From assembly GCA_022868165.1 (NCBI GenBank), contig JALHYA010000004.1, forward strand, positions 83,432 through 147,431: a DNA stretch of 64,000 nucleotides, given 5' to 3'. The position numbers and the translations under genes are program-made. The first letter of the stretch is position 1. Each line of letters starts with the position of its first letter. The notes below the pieces were generated by a model. It was not told the origin of the DNA, did no database searches, and worked only from the letters and a program-made list of their open reading frames with translations. Below, one piece after another: positions 56,872 to 64,000 of this stretch. Source of the DNA: Patescibacteria group bacterium (GTDB lineage Bacteria; Patescibacteriota; Microgenomatia; UBA8517).

Positions 56872-57304
56872 CTTACCTAAAATTGTAACAAAAAGAGATA
56901 AAAGAGTGGGTCGGGGTTATGGAAGCGGCAAGGGTGGACACACAACCGGTAGGGGTCAAAAAGGACAAAAGGCGCGGGGCGGAGTTTCGATTCTTTTCGA
57001 AGGAATGAAAGTCAAAAAGTCTCTTATAAAAAGACTTCCCTTCAGACGTGGAAAAGACAAGTTAAAAGCGGCAGATAAACCGGTAATAATTAAGCTTGGC
57101 GCTCTAGAGCTTTTGTCTTCGGGTTCCACCGTTAATGTCGATATCCTTATTAAGGAAGGTATTGTTAATGCGTCGGATGCCAAAAAATTTGGGGTAAAGA
57201 TTTTAGGGGACGGCAAGATTTCCAAGAAATTGAATATTAGTGTTCCTATTTCCAAAAGTGCAGCAAAATTAGTTGAACAGGCAGGCGGTAAAATACTAAA
57301 GTAA
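56864..57304 (+). CDS. rplO: 50S ribosomal protein L15
   Basis: ...KRVGRGYGSGKGGHTTGRGQKGQKARGG.... Confidence 0.9.
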   Translation: MTDLPKIVTKRDKRVGRGYGSGKGGHTTGRGQKGQKARGGVSILFEGMKVKKSLIKRLPFRRGKDKLKAADKPVIIKLGALELLSSGSTVNVDILIKEGIVNASDAKKFGVKILGDGKISKKLNISVPISKSAAKLVEQAGGKILK

Positions 57305-57307
57305 ATT

Positions 57308-58591
57308 ATGTTTTCCTCGATTGCCCATTTTTTTGTTAGGGTAGCAAAATCCCCCGACATTAGAAAAAAGCTAATCATAACAGCCGTTGTCCTTTTGGTT
57401 TTTAGAATTGTTGCTCACGTCCCCGCTGCGGGGATAGATAGAACTTCCCTTTCCGCTCTATTTACCGGAAGCCCGTTTCTTTCTCTACTGGATATATTTT
57501 CGGGGGGAACTCTGGCCAATTTTTCGATAATGGCCCTGGGGCTTAATCCTTACATCAACGCGTCAATTATTCTCCAGCTTCTTTCCTATGTGGTTCCTTC
57601 TTTGGAAGAGTTGCAAAAAGAGGGTGAGTACGGTCAGGAAAAAATTGACCAATACACGCGCTTTTTGACGGTACCTTTAGCCGCTCTTCAGGGCTTTGGA
57701 ATGTATTCCCTTCTTAAAAGTCAACACATTATCCAGACATTTTCGCCTCTGGCGCTTTTGTCTTTGGTTTTGACAATGACGGCCGGAACCGTATTTGCGG
57801 TTTGGCTGGGAGAACTCATCACGGAATACGGAGTAGGAAACGGAGTATCTCTTCTTATTTTTGCGGGAATTGTGGCAAGGCTGCCCGTTTCTTTGGGACA
57901 ATCCGCAACTATAGTCCAAACGTCGGATCTTCTAAAGATTTTGGTATTTGTTGTTTTGGCGATTGTTATTATCGGGCTTATTGTTTTTATGAACGAAGCA
58001 ACGCGGCAAATTCCCGTGAGTTATGCAAGGAGGGCCGGTAGGGAAACTTTGCCATTTTCCTCATATCTTCCCTTGAGGCTTAACCAGGCAGGGGTAATTC
58101 CTATTATCTTTGCGGTTTCGTTGGTTCTTTTGCCGTCACTTCTTAGCCAGTTTTTGGCAGGAGTTCCAAATCTTGTGATTTCGCAACTTGCAAGCCGGAT
58201 AGCCCAAGTTTTTAATCCCCAATCCCTTGTTTATAATTTGACATACTTCTTCTTGGTTTTTGGTTTTACTTATTTTTATACAGCGGTTGTTTTTAACCCC
58301 GAAAAAATCTCGGAAAATTTACAAAAGAACGGAGGATTTGTTCCCGGAATCAGACCGGGTCCCCAAACGACCAAATATTTATCTTTCGTACTTTCGAGAA
58401 TAACACTGGCCGGAGGGATATTTTTGGGTTTTGTGGCGATATTGCCATCTTTTTTCCAAAAATTTCTCGGCATAGCCAATCTCGCCATAGGAGGAACAGG
58501 AATACTGATTGTGGTGTCGGTAGTTTTGGAGGCAGTCAGGGATCTTGAAGCGCAATTGGTGATGAGAAAGTACGAAAGTTTCCTTAGATAG
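57308..58591 (+). CDS. secY: Protein translocase subunit SecY
   Basis: 427 aa, 10 TM. ...FSGGTLANFSIMALGLNPYINASIILQLL.... Confidence 0.95.
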   Translation: MFSSIAHFFVRVAKSPDIRKKLIITAVVLLVFRIVAHVPAAGIDRTSLSALFTGSPFLSLLDIFSGGTLANFSIMALGLNPYINASIILQLLSYVVPSLEELQKEGEYGQEKIDQYTRFLTVPLAALQGFGMYSLLKSQHIIQTFSPLALLSLVLTMTAGTVFAVWLGELITEYGVGNGVSLLIFAGIVARLPVSLGQSATIVQTSDLLKILVFVVLAIVIIGLIVFMNEATRQIPVSYARRAGRETLPFSSYLPLRLNQAGVIPIIFAVSLVLLPSLLSQFLAGVPNLVISQLASRIAQVFNPQSLVYNLTYFFLVFGFTYFYTAVVFNPEKISENLQKNGGFVPGIRPGPQTTKYLSFVLSRITLAGGIFLGFVAILPSFFQKFLGIANLAIGGTGILIVVSVVLEAVRDLEAQLVMRKYESFLR

Positions 58592-58594
58592 TAG

Positions 58595-59224
58595 ATGAAT
58601 ATTATTATTTTAGGTCCGCAAGGCTCCGGGAAAGGTACTCAGGCGCGGCTTTTATCAGAGAAGTTTGGGTTATTTTATCTTGAATCCGGAGATTTTCTGC
58701 GGGAGATTGCCAAAAAAGATAAAGAAGTTAACGAAATTATAAATGTTCAAGGAAAGCTTCTTCCCGACGAACAGACATTTTCCCTAATAAAAAACTATTT
58801 GGAAGAAAAAGCACCGCTGGCAACAAATTTACTTTTTGACGGCTATCCGCGCTCGGTTAAGCAATACCAGCTTTTAAAAGATTGGCTTATCCAAAAAAGT
58901 CAAAAAATTGACATAGCATTCCTGCTTGAAATCAGCGAGGAGGAATCTATCCGTCGGCTTTCGGCACGCAGGGTTTGCGAAAAAGACGGGAAAGTTTGGA
59001 ATTTAATTACCAATCCGCCGCCATCAGATGAATGTAGTTGTGGAGGAAATCTGATTCAAAGACCGGACGATACACTCGAAAAAATAAAAGTAAGGTTGTC
59101 CGAATATCGAAAAACAACAGAGCCTCTGGTTTCTCTATTGGAAAAAGAAAATTTATTGATAAAAATTAACGGCGAAAGACCCATCGAGGTTATTTTCCAC
59201 GATTTGGTTAATTATGTTAAATAA
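58595..59224 (+). CDS. adk: Adenylate kinase (with Cys-containing lid)
   Basis: MNIIILGPQGSGKGTQA...DGYPRSVKQ...RRVCEKDGKVWNL...CSCGGNLIQRPDD. Confidence 0.9.
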   Translation: MNIIILGPQGSGKGTQARLLSEKFGLFYLESGDFLREIAKKDKEVNEIINVQGKLLPDEQTFSLIKNYLEEKAPLATNLLFDGYPRSVKQYQLLKDWLIQKSQKIDIAFLLEISEEESIRRLSARRVCEKDGKVWNLITNPPPSDECSCGGNLIQRPDDTLEKIKVRLSEYRKTTEPLVSLLEKENLLIKINGERPIEVIFHDLVNYVK

Positions 59225-59981
59225 AATTTCAATAAAAACCAAAGAAGAGGTTGATGTTATGGCCGAAGGCGGAAAAAAGTTGGGTCGAATCAACAAAGCC
59301 TTGATGGATGCCGTAAAAATTGGGGGAAACGCATATGAAGTTGAAGAGTTGGCAAATAAGCTTATTGCCAGAGAAGGCGCCGAGGCATCTTTTAAAATGG
59401 TGCCCGGATACAAGTGGGCTACTTGCGTGAATATAAATGACGGCCTTGTTCACGGAATACCCTCAAAGGATGTAGTTTTTCATAAAGGCGACGTGGTCAG
59501 CATTGATGTGGGCATATACTACAAAGGTTTCCACACCGACACCTCCGATACCAAAGGATTGGAAGTAGATAAACAAACGAGAATGTTTTTGGAAGCAGGT
59601 CAAAAAGCTCAAAAAAAAGCAATAAGCGTGGCTAAACCCGGGGGCAGGATTTATGACATATCGAAGGCCATGGAAGATGTAATCCGAGGCGAGGGGTATA
59701 CTCCCATTGAGGCTCTTGTTGGTCACGGAGTAGGCAGAGAGCTTCATGAAGGCCCGCCAATTCCCTGCCTTGTTCGGGCAAGTAGTGAGGCTACCCCACA
59801 AATTACTCCTGGAATGGTGCTGGCGATCGAGGTTATGTACGCACAAGGCGAGCCTGATGTGGAAATTACCAAGGATGGGTGGACAATTCGCATGCGCGAT
59901 GGTAAAATATCAGCGCTCTACGAGGAGACCGTAGCGGTTACACCGAACGGTCCCCTTGTTTTGACGGAGGCTAAAAGTTAA
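59214..59981 (+). CDS. map: Methionine aminopeptidase type I
   Basis: ...[33 protein letters not shown]...[15 protein letters not shown]...AIEVMY.... Confidence 0.9.
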   Translation: MLNKISIKTKEEVDVMAEGGKKLGRINKALMDAVKIGGNAYEVEELANKLIAREGAEASFKMVPGYKWATCVNINDGLVHGIPSKDVVFHKGDVVSIDVGIYYKGFHTDTSDTKGLEVDKQTRMFLEAGQKAQKKAISVAKPGGRIYDISKAMEDVIRGEGYTPIEALVGHGVGRELHEGPPIPCLVRASSEATPQITPGMVLAIEVMYAQGEPDVEITKDGWTIRMRDGKISALYEETVAVTPNGPLVLTEAKS

Positions 59982-60199
59982 TGTCAAAAGGCGAAAATAT
60001 TACAACCTTTGACGCAGTTGTAACTCAGGCTTTGCCCAATACCATGTTCAAGGTCGAGCTTGAAGGAGGAAAGGTTATTTTGGTTACCCTAAAAGGAAGA
60101 ATGAGGAGAAATTATATCCGAATTTTTCCTGGCGACAGAGTCAAAGTTGAAATGACGCCCTATGACACAGAACGAGGAAGAATTGTATACAAATATTAA
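59981..60199 (+). CDS. infA: Translation initiation factor IF-1
   Basis: ...[59 protein letters not shown].... Confidence 0.9.
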   Translation: MSKGENITTFDAVVTQALPNTMFKVELEGGKVILVTLKGRMRRNYIRIFPGDRVKVEMTPYDTERGRIVYKY

Positions 60200-60202
60200 A
60201 AA

Positions 60203-60316
60203 ATGAAAGTTATTAGCTCAATTCAAAAACGCTGTAAAGATTGCAAAATCGTTAAAAGACGAGGAGTTTTGTATGTAATTTGCAAAAACCCCCGTCATAA
60301 GCAACGACAAGGGTAA
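60203..60316 (+). CDS. rpmJ: 50S ribosomal protein L36 (zinc-ribbon type)
   Basis: Hand-translated: [37 protein letters not shown]. Absent from the ORF track (too short). Sits in the canonical slot between infA and rpsM. Confidence 0.85.
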   Translation: MKVISSIQKRCKDCKIVKRRGVLYVICKNPRHKQRQG

Positions 60317-60322
60317 CCCCAT

Positions 60323-60736
60323 ATGGCAAGAATCGCAGGAATCGAACTGGCTGACAATTGGAAGGTAGATTTTGCACTAACCCGCATTTACGGGATAGGA
60401 TGGTCGTTGTCCAAAAAAATAGTTTCCAAGCTTAAAATTGATTCGAAGAAAAGGATTTCCGATCTTTCTGCTGAGGAGATAGCCGCTATTTCCGGCGAAC
60501 TTGATAAATATTCAACCGAAGGAGAATTGGCAAGAAGTGTAAAGAGCAATATCTCGAGACTCCAGGCTATAGGTAGCTACAGAGGTCTAAGACACACAAA
60601 GAACCTTCCCGCCCGCGGACAGAGAACCAGGACAAATGCGCGCACCAAAAGAGGAAAAAGAAAGACCGTCGGAGCATTTAAGAAAGAGATTCTTAACAAA
60701 TTGACCCAAACAAAAGAAGCGGAGACTAAAAAATAA
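60323..60736 (+). CDS. rpsM: 30S ribosomal protein S13
   Basis: MARIAGIELADNWKVDFALTRIYGIG...GLRHTKNLPARGQRTRTNARTKRGKRKTV. Confidence 0.9.
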   Translation: MARIAGIELADNWKVDFALTRIYGIGWSLSKKIVSKLKIDSKKRISDLSAEEIAAISGELDKYSTEGELARSVKSNISRLQAIGSYRGLRHTKNLPARGQRTRTNARTKRGKRKTVGAFKKEILNKLTQTKEAETKK

Positions 60737-61107
60737 TGGCTGAGGCAAAGAAAAGACAATCCGGCATAGGAAGAGCATATATTTCCGCGTCGTTTAATAA
60801 CACACTTGTGACCGTTACCGATGAAAGCGGAAAGACCTTGGTCTGGGGTTCATCCGGAGCATCCGGATTTAAAGGAACCAGGAAGGCAACTCCCTATGCG
60901 GCAACGACAGCGGTTGATAGGGTTATAAAGAAAGCCAAAGACGAGCATGGAATCAACGAGGTAGAAATCTACGTCAAAGGCCCAGGTCCCGGCCGCGATG
61001 CGGCGCTACGGGCGATTCGTGCAGCCGGAGTAAAAATTTCAATGATTGCGGATGTGACACCGATCCCGCACAACGGCCCAAGGCCGAAGAAGAAAAGGAG
61101 AATTTAG
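60736..61107 (+). CDS. rpsK: 30S ribosomal protein S11
   Basis: ...GRAYISASFNNTLVTVTDESGKTLVWGSSGASGFKGTRKATPYAA.... Confidence 0.9.
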   Translation: MAEAKKRQSGIGRAYISASFNNTLVTVTDESGKTLVWGSSGASGFKGTRKATPYAATTAVDRVIKKAKDEHGINEVEIYVKGPGPGRDAALRAIRAAGVKISMIADVTPIPHNGPRPKKKRRI

Positions 61108-61108
61108 T

Positions 61109-61708
61109 ATGGCGCGATATACAGGACCGAAAGACAGATTATCAAGAAGAGAGGGGTTTGACCTCTTTAGTAAAGGTGCTAAACTTACGCGTCTTGCGGT
61201 TCCGCCTGGTGTTCATGGGTCTACAAGGGCTCGGATGCCTTCACAGTACGGACGACAACTTAGGGAAAAACAGAAAGTAAAAAGGATTTACGGCATTTTA
61301 GAGAAACAGTTTAGGAAATATGTGGAGTCGGCATTAAAAACCAGAGGCAACACCGGAGAAAAGCTTTTAATCCTGCTAGAGAAGCGCCTTGATAATGTGA
61401 TTTATAGATTGGGTTTTGTCCCGACCCGGCCTGCCGCAAGGCAGCTGGTTTCCCATAGACATGTTTTGGTAAACGGCAAGAAGGTCAATATTCCTTCTTT
61501 TGAAGTTTCCGTTGGCGAGGTAGTAGGTATTTCGGATAAGGCCGCAGAAATTCCTGCAATAAAACAATCGATGGCGGAAAAAGACAGAAAGATTCCCGGC
61601 TGGTTGGAGAAAAAAGCCACACTTGGAAAAGTTGTTAAAGAACCTATCCGTGAAGATATTACGGAGCCAATTTCTGAACAGGATATAGTAGAGTTCTATT
61701 CGCGTTAG
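61109..61708 (+). CDS. rpsD: 30S ribosomal protein S4
   Basis: MARYTGPKDRLSRREG...LEKRLDNVIYRLGFVPTRPAARQLVSHRHVLVNGKKVNIPSFEV.... Confidence 0.9.
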   Translation: MARYTGPKDRLSRREGFDLFSKGAKLTRLAVPPGVHGSTRARMPSQYGRQLREKQKVKRIYGILEKQFRKYVESALKTRGNTGEKLLILLEKRLDNVIYRLGFVPTRPAARQLVSHRHVLVNGKKVNIPSFEVSVGEVVGISDKAAEIPAIKQSMAEKDRKIPGWLEKKATLGKVVKEPIREDITEPISEQDIVEFYSR

Positions 61709-61729
61709 TTTTGAAGGAGGTGATAGGTA

Positions 61730-62641
61730 ATGAATGAACCGATGTTTGAAATAAAACAAGAAACTAAAGAGGGAAACTATGGCAAGTTTGTAGTTTCTCC
61801 ATTAGAAAACGGTTACGGAAACACCTTGGGAAATTCCTTGAGGAGAGTATTATTGACTTCTCTTCCTGGGGCAGCCATAACCAATGTAAAAATTTCGGGA
61901 GTAAAACATCAATTTACAACCCTTAAGGGAATGAAGGAGGATGTTGTTGAATTTTTGTTAAACCTCAAAAAGGTGCGTTTAAGCTATTCGGGAGAAAAGC
62001 CGGTTAAGGCTAGCATCTCGGTCAAAAGCGCAGGAGAGGTAAAAGCAAAAGATATCAAGGTTCCCGCTAATGTTAAGATTGCTAATCCGGAATTAGTTTT
62101 GGCAAATTTAGCGAAGGGAGCAAAGCTCGATGCAGAAATGGAAATCGAGGGAGGTACAGGATACTCGCCCGCCGAAGACAGAATGACCTCGACAGTGGGG
62201 TTAATTCCTCTTGATGCCGCATTCTCTCCCGTTTTACGAGTTAACTATAAAGTTGAGGAAACCCGCGTAGGGCGACTCACCAACTATGATAAGTTGACTT
62301 TGGAAATTTGGACGGACGGAACTATTGAACCGAAGGAAGCTTTTACACAGGCTTCAAAGGTTTTGGTTTCATACTTTAACCAAATAGTTTCTCCCAAAAA
62401 GGTTGTTAAGACCGAAGAAAAAGAAACTGACACTCTTGGACCGGTAGGAAAGCTTTCGGTCGAAGAGATTGGTCTTCCGACTAGGGTTGCAAATGCTCTT
62501 CTTAAGGCAGGGTACGAAACTGTCGAGCAATTGGTCAAAGCCAAGAAAGAGGATTTGGTCAAAGTAAGAAATCTCGGCGAGAAATCCATAAAGATTATCG
62601 CAGTCGCGCTTAGCGAAAAAGGGGTTCCTTTCGGACAGTAA
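61730..62641 (+). CDS. rpoA: DNA-directed RNA polymerase subunit alpha (compact, 303 aa)
   Basis: NTD ...GNTLGNSLRRVLLTSLPGAAIT... and CTD helix-hairpin-helix ...EIGLPTRVANALLKAGYETVEQLV.... Confidence 0.9.
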   Translation: MNEPMFEIKQETKEGNYGKFVVSPLENGYGNTLGNSLRRVLLTSLPGAAITNVKISGVKHQFTTLKGMKEDVVEFLLNLKKVRLSYSGEKPVKASISVKSAGEVKAKDIKVPANVKIANPELVLANLAKGAKLDAEMEIEGGTGYSPAEDRMTSTVGLIPLDAAFSPVLRVNYKVEETRVGRLTNYDKLTLEIWTDGTIEPKEAFTQASKVLVSYFNQIVSPKKVVKTEEKETDTLGPVGKLSVEEIGLPTRVANALLKAGYETVEQLVKAKKEDLVKVRNLGEKSIKIIAVALSEKGVPFGQ

Positions 62642-62645
62642 TGCC

Positions 62646-63089
62646 ATGAGAAAGCAGGTTTTTGGGCGAAAATTCAGCCGTGACAAAGGTTCTCGGCAAG
62701 CGCTTTTTCGGTCTTTAATCAAGGCCTTTATTGCTAATGGGAAAATTGAAACAACCAAAGCCAGAGCAAAAGCGATATCCGGAGAAATTGATAAAATTGT
62801 TACTTCAACCAAAGGGAGTAATATCGTTTCGGCGAAAAGAAAAGTTTTGAGTTTTCTCGCAAACGATGGGAAAACCACGGAGTTTTTATTCAAAAATGTT
62901 ACCCCGGCTTTTGCCGAAAGAAAAAGCGGTTTCACAAAAATTACCTATCTACCGAGAAGAATGGGCGATGGCGCCGAAATGGCAAGGCTCGAGTGGGTTG
63001 TCGAAATAAAAACCGAGGAAGAAAAAAATAAGAAGAAAGAAAAGAAAAACGAATCCAAAAGTAAAAAAGAAGTTAAAGCGAAGAAATGA
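62646..63089 (+). CDS. rplQ: 50S ribosomal protein L17 with Lys-rich C-terminal extension
   Basis: MRKQVFGRKFSRDKGSRQALFRSLIKAFIANGKIETTKARAKA.... Confidence 0.9.
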   Translation: MRKQVFGRKFSRDKGSRQALFRSLIKAFIANGKIETTKARAKAISGEIDKIVTSTKGSNIVSAKRKVLSFLANDGKTTEFLFKNVTPAFAERKSGFTKITYLPRRMGDGAEMARLEWVVEIKTEEEKNKKKEKKNESKSKKEVKAKK

Positions 63090-63556
63090 ACAAAACTTTC
63101 CAGCCAAAAGAAAAAGAAATCAAAAGAGTCTGGCACCTAATTGATGCCAAAGGCCAGGTATTGGGAAGACTTGCAACGAAAGTCTCGGGTCTTCTTATGG
63201 GCAAGGGAAAAGCCACCTATGCACCCCACCTGGACAGCGGCGATTTTGTGGTTGTCACAAATGCCGAAAAGATTACGGTAACCGGCAAGAAAGCATTACA
63301 AAAGGTTTATCGCGGCCATTCCGGATATCCCGGCGGATTCAAAGAAGTTTCTTTTGAGAAAATGCTAAAAGAGCACCCGGAAAGAATAATCGAACACGCG
63401 GTTAAAGGAATGCTTCCCGACAATCGTTTAAAGAAAGATAGAATGACAAGATTAAAAGTTGTAGTTGGAGACAAGAATCCTTTTGAGAATAAATTTATGA
63501 GTTCTGGTGTTAGTGGGGCCCCCGATTCCGTCGCAGACGGAATGGGGGTGATATAA
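63086..63556 (+). CDS. rplM: 50S ribosomal protein L13
   Basis: ...KRVWHLIDAKGQVLGRLATKVSGLLMGKGKATYAPHLDSGDFVVVTNAEKI.... Confidence 0.9.
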   Translation: MNKTFQPKEKEIKRVWHLIDAKGQVLGRLATKVSGLLMGKGKATYAPHLDSGDFVVVTNAEKITVTGKKALQKVYRGHSGYPGGFKEVSFEKMLKEHPERIIEHAVKGMLPDNRLKKDRMTRLKVVVGDKNPFENKFMSSGVSGAPDSVADGMGVI

Positions 63557-63961
63557 ATGGCTAAAAAATTAAATATCACTTACGCAATCGGGAAAAGAAA
63601 AAATGCATCCGCAAGGGTAAGACTTTTTCATGGAAAGGGCGAGAACATAGTTAATGAAATGCCGATTGAGAAATACTTTCCTGGAGAAATAAACAAAACC
63701 TTTTGGAGTAAACCCTTTGATTTGACGGAAACAGCAGATAAATATTATGTAACCGTCAGAGTTTTTGGTGGAGGACTGCATGCACAATTGGAAGCGGTTG
63801 TCCAGGGAATTGCCAAAGCGCTTTCTTTGGCCAAAAAAGAAGAGTTTCGGCCAATCCTCAAAAAAGCCGGGCTTCTTACGCGCGACTCTCGAATCCGCCA
63901 AAGACGTATGGTAGGTATGGGCGGAAAGTCTCGAAGAATGAAGCAGTCTCCGAAGCGTTAA
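63557..63961 (+). CDS. rpsI: 30S ribosomal protein S9
   Basis: ...YAIGKRKNASARVRLF...GGGLHAQLEAVVQGIAKAL...LTRDSRIRQRRMVGMGGKSRRMKQSPKR. Confidence 0.9.
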   Translation: MAKKLNITYAIGKRKNASARVRLFHGKGENIVNEMPIEKYFPGEINKTFWSKPFDLTETADKYYVTVRVFGGGLHAQLEAVVQGIAKALSLAKKEEFRPILKKAGLLTRDSRIRQRRMVGMGGKSRRMKQSPKR

Positions 63962-64000
63962 TTTGGTCGGGGAGCCGGGAATTGGACCCGGTCCAGACGC

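Noticed and set aside
63962-64000. GC-rich segment ggggagccgggaattggacccggtcc after rpsI that could start a tRNA or a terminator hairpin
   Set aside because: Only about 39 nt remain before the window edge. No complete cloverleaf or stem + U-tract can be assessed.

Overview
This window looks like a housekeeping stretch of a small, reduced bacterial genome. It is consistent with a Candidate Phyla Radiation / Patescibacteria organism: ribosomal protein L30 is absent, IF-2, AlaRS, RpoA, HrcA and DnaJ are short, and many ribosomal proteins carry Lys/Glu-rich tails. GC is moderate and the standard genetic code applies, with no in-frame TGA in the long conserved genes. Gene order: a partial uvrD/pcrA-like helicase and an LCP-family gene; a divergent pair of GT-C membrane glycosyltransferases; a six-gene minus-strand operon (4980-9752) encoding PilN- and PilO-like proteins followed by four membrane-anchored Pro/Thr-rich surface proteins, one with an IPQTG sortase sorting signal and one very cysteine-rich; rpsT; murJ; a CIRCE-like-controlled hrcA-grpE-dnaK-dnaJ operon followed by a transglutaminase-like gene; nusA-infB, a degenerate DHH (NrnA-like) gene, rpsO and pnp; a Lon-like AAA+ ATPase with no protease domain; a family-4 UDG, RNase J, ftsK, a rodZ-like gene and alaS; a large bitopic protein next to a sortase; ruvX, mltG; rpoB-rpoC-rpsL-rpsG-fusA-tuf-rpsJ. 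The S10/spc/alpha ribosomal protein cluster (rplC through rpsI, with secY, adk, map, infA, rpmJ and rpoA) is interrupted between rpsJ and rplC by an opposite-strand GT-C membrane protein gene and a new promoter. No rRNA, tRNA, CRISPR array or obvious mobile element was found. The non-coding signals worth a second look are a ~20-nt motif repeated in three intra-operon spacers, a recurrent promoter -> GC hairpin + U-tract -> SD-less start codon leader layout at five operon heads, and a shortened CIRCE-like palindrome inside the hrcA promoter.
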